Source: Carpediemonas membranifera BICM (taxonomy: Eukaryota; Protista; Fornicata). From it: a stretch of DNA of 64,000 nucleotides. Below are positions 52,886 to 61,324 of the stretch, piece after piece; within the stretch, counting starts at the first letter, position 1, and the number at the start of each line of letters is the position of its first letter. The notes below the pieces were generated by a model. The model had not been told where the DNA came from and made no database searches. It was given only the letters and a program-made list of their open reading frames with translations. The stretch covers positions 545,666-609,665 of the forward strand of contig JAHDYR010000062.1 of NCBI GenBank assembly GCA_019828565.1. Direction: 5' to 3'. A program made the translations under genes and the position numbers.

Positions 52886-53473
52886 ATGAACCATTTAGAG
52901 AGACAGTCTCGTAAGAAATGCGCGACCTTACGGCAGTACTTGAATGGGCTTGTGAAGCAGTCCAATTTTGAAACGAAGATGATCAAGGATCGTGGTGAAA
53001 TGCTACGATCACTCCAGTCCTTCCAGAAGCAGCTTGTTCAGACAGCGAGATTCGTTGAGGATGAAACTGGTATGGATTTCTACCTCCATCCGATGTTCAA
53101 AGACGGCTGCCAGAACCCACTCCTCACCCAAGGACTAATCCCTTTCCTTCTCGACTCAAAGACCAGCCCAGCCGTCACATACGACGAGCAGAGGTCGCTA
53201 GAGGAGCTGAAGCAGGTAACTAGGGCCTTTAACATTCAGGGCCAGGATCCGGGCGAGGCGTTTGACTACATCAAGCCAATCCTCGAGTCTTACAACGCCT
53301 TCATCGATAATGTCGTTCGGGCCGTGCAGTCGTCTGTCGCAGAGCCGCGGCAGCGTACTGCATACTTTGCTGACCAGCGGCGATATGCCAAAAACCATGT
53401 TACCGGCCGTCTTCAGGGGCTTCCGTCTGCTCCACGCCGGACAGGGGGAGGGACAGTCCCCTGCTTCTTTTGA
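52886..53473 (+). CDS. hypothetical protein with weak Mediator Med8-like pattern
   Basis: 'YLHP...IPFLLDSKTSPAV..DE...I...LESYN' loosely recalls Med8 (P..L.SK..PE.E). Confidence 0.4.
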   Translation: MNHLERQSRKKCATLRQYLNGLVKQSNFETKMIKDRGEMLRSLQSFQKQLVQTARFVEDETGMDFYLHPMFKDGCQNPLLTQGLIPFLLDSKTSPAVTYDEQRSLEELKQVTRAFNIQGQDPGEAFDYIKPILESYNAFIDNVVRAVQSSVAEPRQRTAYFADQRRYAKNHVTGRLQGLPSAPRRTGGGTVPCFF

Positions 53474-53983
53474 TTCATATTCATTTATCCCATCACCATC
53501 CTTCGCCATTGCCCATGACCTATCGGGCACACAGTGCACACAACACACAAGTGTCCATGACTTGGGCCTGAACGATGCAGCTTGAGACGACAAGCGACGA
53601 TAAAGATAACCGAGAGATTAAAAGGTGCGGTCACCTACCCCGTCAGAGGCATTGTAGCCCCAGCAGTTGCCCTCAGCAAGGGCGACGGCAATGTCAAACT
53701 TGAGTCGGAACATGCCTCGTTTGACAAATGTCGAACATTCATATGTTCCAATCTGCCGACTTGTCATGCGCCCTGGGGTGTCGTCCGTCGTTATAAAAAA
53801 TCATAGTCGTCATGTGTCATCCGAGATATGAGACGATCCGTGACACACCCTCTGTTGCACGAAACTAGGCTTAACCAAGCTACCTCGACCGAGCGGGTGC
53901 TCCCACCGCTGACGACAACAGGCAGCAGCAGCGATACAACGTTGTTTCAGGTGATTTATCGGGTGAGTGTCTAAGCGCTATGT

Positions 53984-54227
53984 TTAGTTGCCAACTGAGT
54001 AAGAGGTCCGAAGAAGGAGCTATAAAATACATACCAAGAACGTTGTTGACGGGGATGGAGAGGAGCTTGATGAAGAAGCCCGAGAAACCGAGGATCAGGA
54101 AGCCAATGGCAATGCTGCTGCTGATCTTGATGTATTCTCCACGGTCAGGCTTAGTGCATCTGCGGATAAACCGCTTGCTATCGTTATAAGTCTGCATAGG
54201 TGCGCTGACCTGCTTCTCTTCAGCCAT
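53984..54227 (-). CDS. SEC61G: Sec61 gamma subunit; one intron (53995-54034)
   Basis: 'DSKRFIRRCTKPDRGEY.KI....AIGF..LGF.GFFIKLL.IPVNNVL'; the 40-nt intron GTATGT...TCTTACTCAG gives the end VGN*. Confidence 0.93.
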
Positions 54228-54926
54228 CGTATTCTTCTGTCAGGTTTTGCATGAAAAAAAGTTGTAGCCTGACACGGCGGTACCATAATGCATGTTTGCC
54301 AATGCATCTGCTTGTATGCTGATAGAAGTATCACATATCGCTTTTGAAGTGATTTGGTAGGTTGGACCTAAAACTGCACGGCATAGTCTCTCAGTGATGC
54401 TCCTCCTCAAGTGCACAGCCTGCGAATCATACTGCATTTCTGTTCGTTTTATTTGTAGCTATTACATAGCGTTGCTGCCCAAAATGTGGTGCTGCTGCCG
54501 TTTCTGCGCATCCTGCCCGCTTTTCGCCAGATGATCCCTATTCAAGGCAGCGGATGGAATCTAAGCAAGCTCACGGCCTTCTTCTGACGCAACAGCCTGA
54601 GCAGCCGTGGTAGGTTGTAAATATTTTCGGTTCCGTGGGCTTGCTCACCTTGAATCTCATTGCTTGCGGCACGCCTCACTCAGATGGTGAAGGAGATTGG
54701 TGGAGTTTCCGTGTTTGACTTTGTTATCCCTTTATCCTCTCCTTGCTGCTCTTGTTTGGTGTCCACTTGCCAATTGCCAATGTGACCCAACACTTCACGA
54801 GAGTCGCCGTGAACTAATGCGATGGAGGCTCGGCGCATGATCATTGGCATCCATGCGACCTGCGCTCGAAGTGAAGGGCGTGGCTGACCCTTGTTGACCG
54901 TGGCGATTTTTCACGCTCGCGATCTG

Positions 54927-55763
54927 ATGCCCTTCGATCCCGCTACCGTTCCTGTAATCATTGATGCTGCCAAGGCCGTTGCCAAGGCCGATGCCGCTAC
55001 TGCTGCTCGTGCCATCTCCGTGCTCGATCTCACCAGCCTGAACGACAACGACACCGATGCTGTCATCGAGGCTCTTTGCAAGCGTGCTGTCAACACTGCT
55101 GGCCACACCGCCGCTGTCTGCGTCTACGCTCCCTTCATCAAGATCGCCCGCGCTGCTCTTGGCGAGAACCCCGTCAAGATTGCCACCGTGGTGAACTTCC
55201 CCGCTGGCGGCAACGACGTCGAGGCCGTCAAGGCCGAGACTGAGGCTGCTGTTGCTGACGGCGCCGATGAGATCGATCTCGTCCTCCCCTACAAGGCCTT
55301 CCTTGCCGGCGACATTGCCACGTGCGAGGCCATGCTCGACGCCACCCGCGCTGCCTGCGGCACCAAGGCCGACATGAAGGTCATCCTTGAGTCCGGCTAC
55401 TACGACGACCTCGCCAAGGTCTACGACGCCGCCCGCCTCTGCATCAAGCATGGCGCCAACTTCGTCAAGACCTCTACTGGCAAGATCCCCGTCGGCGCCA
55501 CCCCCGAGGCCGCTGTCACCATGATCACTGCTGTCCGCGACGCCAAGGCGGAGGACGGCGCCATCTGCGGCTTCAAGGCTGCCGGCGGAGTCCGCACCAC
55601 TGCTGACGCGGCCCACTACATCGCCATCGCCGACAACATCATGGGCGAGGGCTGGGCTGCCCCTGCCACCTTCCGCTTCGGCGCCAGCGGCGTCCTCACG
55701 GCTCTGCTCGAGACCTACGGCGTCGACCAGAGCGGCGAGGCCAAGCCTTCCGGCAACTACTAG
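54927..55763 (+). CDS. deoC: deoxyribose-phosphate aldolase, bacterial (E. coli DeoC-like) type
   Basis: LDLTSLNDNDTD, TAAVCVY, IATVVNFP, GADEIDLVLPY, FVKTSTGK, GFKAAGGVRT, FRFGAS and C-terminal Tyr. Confidence 0.93.
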   Translation: MPFDPATVPVIIDAAKAVAKADAATAARAISVLDLTSLNDNDTDAVIEALCKRAVNTAGHTAAVCVYAPFIKIARAALGENPVKIATVVNFPAGGNDVEAVKAETEAAVADGADEIDLVLPYKAFLAGDIATCEAMLDATRAACGTKADMKVILESGYYDDLAKVYDAARLCIKHGANFVKTSTGKIPVGATPEAAVTMITAVRDAKAEDGAICGFKAAGGVRTTADAAHYIAIADNIMGEGWAAPATFRFGASGVLTALLETYGVDQSGEAKPSGNY

Positions 55764-55885
55764 ATAAAGTATCCTTTCCAAATGAGAATGTCATTCGACG
55801 GCAATATTCCTGGATAGAGTGTGAGTCCAGTGCTACATGAGGGCACGTTATTCTCATAAAGCAAGAGGACAACACAAACAAGACA

Positions 55886-56950
55886 ATGAACAGCGACCAA
55901 ACCGCAAAAGTTACCGGTTTTGTTGCTCCTGCAAAGGGCATGACACCTCCTGCTGCCGTTAAGATTCATCAGACGACTGGCGTTCGCGTCTGGGAAGACA
56001 CTGGAAAGATTGGAGCCATCATGGTCGTTCTCGACATGACGAAGGGTGGAAACTTCCTTCGCGTGTATGATATCGACAATGGAACCATACATGTGGACAT
56101 TCCTATCGTGGGGAACGACTTCCGCTACGACAGCCTCGGCTCCCGCTTCCATTGCGCCATGGACGAGGAGACCGACACCCTCTACGGATTCAACTTCGCT
56201 GATGCCCAGGAGGCGTCGACATTCCTCTCCGCCATGTCGGCCTTCGGCCCCCAGAAGCCGCAGAAGCAGAAGAAGGAGAAGAAGAAGGGCGGCGGGCTTT
56301 TCGGCCTCTTCCGCGGCGGGCAGGCGGAGGAGATGCCCGAGCTTGAGATTGGCGCCCCCACTAACTTCGAGCACAAGTCCCACATCTCGTTTGATCCCGA
56401 GACTGGGTCGTTCGATGTATCGAAGCTCTCCAACGAGATGAAGGACATTTTCAAGCAGGCCGGCGTCCACAAGAAGGACCTTCAGTCTCCTGAGACGGCG
56501 ACCATGCTGTTCCAGGTGCTCCAGAGCGAGTTCTCCAAGGTCGAGAACAAGCCCGCGCCCCCACCGCCACCGGCTGCCAAGCGGGCCCCGCCTCCGCCCC
56601 CTGCCGCCAAGGGCAAGGCTCCCCCACCTCCACCCGGCCCCAAGGCACCCGCCCCACCGCCAGCCCCGGTGGCCCCAGCGGCCCCCGCCGAATCGGCCAA
56701 GCTCGGCGTGGACACCGAGCGTGGCTCAGCCATCGGTGCGGGGACCCGCATGTCCTTCCTGGACCAGATCAGGGCGGGGAAGGAGCTCAAGGCCGTGAAG
56801 AAGGAGGAGAAGGACGACCTCGAGATGGACGCATCCAAGCTGGACTCGAACCAGAAGAGCGGCATGGCCAACGCCATCGCAGCAGCCATGGCCCAGCGCA
56901 GAGCCGCTATGGTGGAGGACGAGGACGACGAGGATTCAGACTGGGATTAA
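55886..56950 (+). CDS. WASP-family actin nucleation-promoting factor
   Basis: WH1/EVH1 (YGFNFADAQEA..F), CRIB (IGAPTNFEHKSHI), poly-Pro, WH2 (FLDQIRAGKELKAV), C helix (IAAAMAQRR) and acidic tail with Trp (DEDSDWD). Confidence 0.93.
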   Translation: MNSDQTAKVTGFVAPAKGMTPPAAVKIHQTTGVRVWEDTGKIGAIMVVLDMTKGGNFLRVYDIDNGTIHVDIPIVGNDFRYDSLGSRFHCAMDEETDTLYGFNFADAQEASTFLSAMSAFGPQKPQKQKKEKKKGGGLFGLFRGGQAEEMPELEIGAPTNFEHKSHISFDPETGSFDVSKLSNEMKDIFKQAGVHKKDLQSPETATMLFQVLQSEFSKVENKPAPPPPPAAKRAPPPPPAAKGKAPPPPPGPKAPAPPPAPVAPAAPAESAKLGVDTERGSAIGAGTRMSFLDQIRAGKELKAVKKEEKDDLEMDASKLDSNQKSGMANAIAAAMAQRRAAMVEDEDDEDSDWD

Positions 56951-57035
56951 AGGATGCTTATACTGTGATCGTGTCTCAATGATAACACAGTTGTGCTGCC
57001 CGGCGTTTATTATAATAACTAGCTACCATTGCCGC

Positions 57036-57497
57036 TCACGCCTTCATGACGTCCCGCGTGGCCAGGGCGGTGAGGACGCGGTTCTCCCACTCCGACTCGG
57101 GGACCTTCTTCAGTGAGTACAGGGCAGACACCATACCGGCGTCCCTGAACTCGGAAAGTCGGCTCATGTGGATTTCGTGGCCGCTTAGCTCCTCGGGGAG
57201 GGCATGGTCGGTGAATGTTGCCAGGACAGCGGCCTTGGTGTCCTTGGAGGGGCCGAATGAAGACATCGCAGCAGAGATTGACCGTGTAGGGAACATATCG
57301 GTCTTAAGCTCAGCACAAATGTGGTCAGCCTTCATCTTACCTTCCGCTTGTGCCTGCAGCGCCTTCTTTGCTCCGAATTGCAAGATTGAAAGACTCAGAA
57401 GCGTACGGGCATCGAAGACAGCCCAATCTCGATGTAAATCCGCAAACTGGCAAAAATCAAGCGATTCTGCATTAATTAGGAAGAATTGGAACTGCAT
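57036..57497 (-). CDS. KEOPS subunit CGI-121/TPRKB-like
   Basis: 'KAL......KMKADHICAEL....FPTRSISAAMSSFG' and C-terminal 'ALATRDV'. Confidence 0.75.
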   Translation of the reverse strand: MQFQFFLINAESLDFCQFADLHRDWAVFDARTLLSLSILQFGAKKALQAQAEGKMKADHICAELKTDMFPTRSISAAMSSFGPSKDTKAAVLATFTDHALPEELSGHEIHMSRLSEFRDAGMVSALYSLKKVPESEWENRVLTALATRDVMKA

Positions 57498-57798
57498 GGC
57501 GAGGGACAGAGTGCAGCTTATGGCGCCGGAGGTGGAGCCGACTTGGGTGGACGGTTGACAATACTTGGCCATATAGAGCGCGTGAACGCCATCATTCAAG
57601 CCTGGAGAGAGAATTCGAACCCCAGTTCGTCTGAATCGAATAATTCATGATTTGAGCCGGAAAGAGACGAAAAAGAGCATTCCGCGCCATTATCACTCAG
57701 GATCTCACGTTTCCTTTGATTATTATTGCTTCCATCACACCTCAGCGCCTCATCGGGCCAGTGCAGTTTACCATTGCAATTCTCATCGCGAAGCTACC

Positions 57799-60700
57799 AT
57801 GCCGTCTGAAAATGCGGCAGGAGGCAGAAACGGTAAGAATCGGCGTTTTGATGCCACTCAACGTCATGCGGAAAGTTCATCTTCTGCGCAAGACAGTTCG
57901 ATGGCAAATACCAATCTTGCTGCGTTTGTTCAGGCAATAACCCCAGCTCCGATTACGTTCAAGCGCGTGAATGCTGTAACTAGGAAGGATGAGGTAGTAT
58001 ACAGCATGTCTAGTCTCTGGAAGACTTACGACTGCCCTTACGGCTTTCCCATTCTCATCCAGTTTGGCGGCTCTCCGGTCACCGTGCATTATACCCCCTT
58101 CCTCTCAGCCATAGAGCTCTTTCCTCGTCTCGGCGAGGGGAATTCCCCAATTCTGCAACACGCCTCGAAGTTGACGCCTGACATTCGACCCCCCTTCATC
58201 GATCAGATTGAAGCTCTCGCCCGGACCTGCCCCCAGCTCATCGAGGGCATCTCCTCAGACTTCGACATGGAGAGGTCCTGGTATTCGGTCTCGTGGTACC
58301 CCATCCTCCACGACGCCCGCACCATACCCCTGGTCCGAGGCTTCATCCTCACGTACCATCGCCTCCCGGTTTCCATGCCGGACAACACCGTCAACCCACC
58401 CTGCTCTTGGGCACCCAGCTACCCCCGCTCGCATAAGGGCTCTCCGGCGTCGTCTCGGGCCGCCTCACCCATTCCTGCAGGCGGCCACCGTCGTTCCGCC
58501 TCAAGGTCGAGTTCGGTGCTTTCTGAGTTCGGTGAGCCAGACCTAGAGCCACGCCATAGTGTGAAGTTCGACGGGAACAGGATCCTGAGCGACGCCGACC
58601 ACACTGTGATCGGATTCAGATGCCAGAGCTGCGCGCCCTCCCCCTTCCCCACCCAGACCCACAAACTCGCCCTGTACCACGCCAACCTCTGCACACACTA
58701 CAGGTACGGTGTCCCCGCCCAGCGATGCAACTACCCCGAGCCGCCTGCCATTATCGAGGAGGAGGTTGAGGCGCAGGTCGCCCAGATGGAGGCATCGGAC
58801 GCCGACACAGCTGACGAGCTGCCCTTCTGCGAGCCCCCTACGCCCCTCCCCATGCCGTCGGGTGAGTTCAGCGCTTATAGTCTGCTCGCACCCCTCGGGA
58901 GGGACGCCTCGATAGAGGACATCATCGCATCCCCTGGCTGGTGCGACCCGACGCCCGTTGTCGCCCACCCCAGCCAGATCAACGACCTCCTCGTCCGGCA
59001 CCAAGGTGACTTCGACCCAACCGTGTGGCTGCTGAGCGAAGAGTCGGATGATGACGATGACAGCCCATTCATCTCACTACCGGACGGGCGGAAGCACCTT
59101 CTGCTCCCGCCGTCGGTGCCGTACGAGAAGGTGCAGCCCGATTGGCGTCGTAAGATCGACACTCTCACTCCCGCCGCCAAGACGATCGTCAGCGGGATGA
59201 GGGGGAAGTGGAAGAGCAAGAAGGCCGAGGAGCGGGCTTTGGTGAGGCAGAGAGAGAAGGAGCTGATGGCATGCGTCAAGGACACCCTCGGAGACGACAG
59301 GACAGCCATCAATGGGATTAAGCGGGCCATCAGCAACATCGGCCGACTCCGGTCAAAGTCGAGTTCCCGCGACTTCCCTGACTCTACCTCGGACTTCTCC
59401 ATGGGAGACGCCGGCCCGGCATCCCCCGCCCAGCCCGTGTACTCACAGCCGTCGAGTCCGGTGGAGTCGGCGCCGTTCGACCGTCGGGGCCACTCTGATC
59501 AGGAGGACTATCACCCATCTGACACTTCGCACACGGATGATGAGGTCTGGTACGATCGCCAGCCAGTTCTTGCCACTGAAGATACGATAGATATCTGGGA
59601 TATGGTCTCGGATATCACCAACGAGAGATGTGGATGCCGCCGGAATTTTATCGAAACCATCGGTTTGATCCCGTACAAGATCCGATCGGATGTGTGGCAC
59701 GCGGCATCACGTCCCGAGTTGGTCTGTGCAGTTGGGGGAAAGGGCAAGCCCATCCCCGAGGCGGCGCTGACCCCAGATTACGTGACGTACTTCCTCCAGC
59801 ACTACATGATCGACCACCCGGACCTCCAGCATTGCGTGGCAGCTGGGTCGGTTGTCTCGGTTGCAGGAGGGCTCGGCTACACCGTCTCTGAGCTGTACAA
59901 CACCCTCAACCGGGCAGCCGGCAGCAGCGAAAGGGGAGGAGGCCAGCAGCATGTTGTGCCGACATCTATCCCAGTGTGGACATTCAGTCACAGTACCGCG
60001 GCGCCCCACCGGTTCGCCCACTACCCTGCCGCGAGTGTCATTCGCAACGTCAATACCCAGGCCATGAAGCAAGTCACCCTACTTGACGGCACCCAGGTCA
60101 CATGTACCGCTGACCATCGCCTCCATGTCATCCGTGAGGGCCAGACTGAACCTGTCTGGGTCATGGCTGGTGAGCTCAATGACTCCGACCGAGTCGTCAT
60201 GGGCCCTAAGCCCATCACCGAACACTTGCCGCCGCTCGAGCACGTCCTAGAGCCCAAGACGGAGGGAGACCTGCTCTTGCCCCGCATAGGGTCGGTCCAG
60301 CTCTCTCTCGTACTCCCCCTGCACCTGGCGGACATCCCCCGCGTCTCAGCTCTCGCCCGGCTGAGTGGCTACTGCATGGTGGCCGCCAGTACCAATGAAG
60401 ACGGCTCCATCGTCTGCGGCGAGTCGGCCGACGTCGAGGCCCTTGTGTCTGACATCCGCTGCATCTTGAGGACGCCCCAGCTGCCAGTCGAGTCCCAGTG
60501 GAACGACGCCTCGTCTGCATTCACGGTGAAGGCCAACGATGTTCTGGCAGAGCTGATACGGCTCTGTCTCCCTCAGGAGGGCCAGGCTGCCATCCCAGCG
60601 CTCTGGGCCGACGCACCGCCCTGGGTCGTCCGGGAGTTCCTGGCGGGCCTGTGGGGCGCCGCCGGCACCATAGCTGGACTCGTCATGCCCGACCGGAACT

Positions 60701-61290
60701 GTGCCGATGCGGTGTGCCGTCTGATGAGCAAGGTTGGAGTCCGCGCGGTGCTGGACACCGCTGGGACCATCAGGCCGCAGGAGGACGCTAGCCCCTTCGA
60801 CACCACGCTTTCGTTCGCGTACGCTGCCAGGAAGAACCGCGAGCAGGCCATCCCACTAGCTTGGCACCGTCACTGCGAGTACGCTGGCTCCGACGCCCTC
60901 GATCAGGCTGCGTTCGAGGCCCGCACCACCACGGTTATCGGTGCTCTGGCGATGCCCGTCGCGACCGTCACGGATGTCTCCGCTGAGCAACACCCCTTCT
61001 CGTTCGACATCAGCGTCGACACGCTTGACGAATCCCGGCAGAACTTCGCAGTCGACGGCGCGCTGGTTCACAACTGTAAGAAGTATGGCCTAGTGCTGCC
61101 GACCATCAGGCCGATGAGCATGGGCAACTACCACTGGACGAAGGGCGACAAGAGCTACATCCATCCTCCTGCCGGGAAGAAGTCTGGGACTTTGCGCCGC
61201 GCCCAGGGTCGCAAGAAGCAGCAGAGCGGCATTGGGAGTGACAACTGGCGCGATCGTCCAACCGGTGGGCACCAGCAGCGGAAGGGCTAG
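57799..61290 (+). CDS. DUF789-like protein precursor containing an intein
   Basis: 'NLAAFVQAITP', 'LWKTYDCPYG', 'YTPFLSAIELF', 'PPFIDQIEALA...P.L....S.D....SWYSVSWYPI', 'FILTYH.L', 'GLIPYKI...VW' and 'HPDLQH' follow the DUF789 motif order. Confidence 0.75.
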   Translation: MPSENAAGGRNGKNRRFDATQRHAESSSSAQDSSMANTNLAAFVQAITPAPITFKRVNAVTRKDEVVYSMSSLWKTYDCPYGFPILIQFGGSPVTVHYTPFLSAIELFPRLGEGNSPILQHASKLTPDIRPPFIDQIEALARTCPQLIEGISSDFDMERSWYSVSWYPILHDARTIPLVRGFILTYHRLPVSMPDNTVNPPCSWAPSYPRSHKGSPASSRAASPIPAGGHRRSASRSSSVLSEFGEPDLEPRHSVKFDGNRILSDADHTVIGFRCQSCAPSPFPTQTHKLALYHANLCTHYRYGVPAQRCNYPEPPAIIEEEVEAQVAQMEASDADTADELPFCEPPTPLPMPSGEFSAYSLLAPLGRDASIEDIIASPGWCDPTPVVAHPSQINDLLVRHQGDFDPTVWLLSEESDDDDDSPFISLPDGRKHLLLPPSVPYEKVQPDWRRKIDTLTPAAKTIVSGMRGKWKSKKAEERALVRQREKELMACVKDTLGDDRTAINGIKRAISNIGRLRSKSSSRDFPDSTSDFSMGDAGPASPAQPVYSQPSSPVESAPFDRRGHSDQEDYHPSDTSHTDDEVWYDRQPVLATEDTIDIWDMVSDITNERCGCRRNFIETIGLIPYKIRSDVWHAASRPELVCAVGGKGKPIPEAALTPDYVTYFLQHYMIDHPDLQHCVAAGSVVSVAGGLGYTVSELYNTLNRAAGSSERGGGQQHVVPTSIPVWTFSHSTAAPHRFAHYPAASVIRNVNTQAMKQVTLLDGTQVTCTADHRLHVIREGQTEPVWVMAGELNDSDRVVMGPKPITEHLPPLEHVLEPKTEGDLLLPRIGSVQLSLVLPLHLADIPRVSALARLSGYCMVAASTNEDGSIVCGESADVEALVSDIRCILRTPQLPVESQWNDASSAFTVKANDVLAELIRLCLPQEGQAAIPALWADAPPWVVREFLAGLWGAAGTIAGLVMPDRNCADAVCRLMSKVGVRAVLDTAGTIRPQEDASPFDTTLSFAYAARKNREQAIPLAWHRHCEYAGSDALDQAAFEARTTTVIGALAMPVATVTDVSAEQHPFSFDISVDTLDESRQNFAVDGALVHNCKKYGLVLPTIRPMSMGNYHWTKGDKSYIHPPAGKKSGTLRRAQGRKKQQSGIGSDNWRDRPTGGHQQRKG
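59833..61074 (+). mobile_element. intein (414 aa) with a degenerate LAGLIDADG homing endonuclease
   Basis: Block A C-VAAGSVV, block B DGTQVTCTADH, WVMAGEL...D.V, block C ARLSGYCMVA, block E EFLAGLWGAAG, block F FDISV...NFAVDG and block G LVHN followed by +1 Cys. Confidence 0.92.
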
Positions 61291-61324
61291 ATTTGATACG
61301 GATATTTTAAATTTCGAGGGTGGA

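Noticed and set aside
57598-57715. tRNA/tRNA-Sec-like fragment on the - strand (GGGGTTCGAATTCTCTCTCCAGG)
   Set aside because: Only a T-loop-like motif; no consistent D or anticodon arms, and the acceptor does not pair properly.
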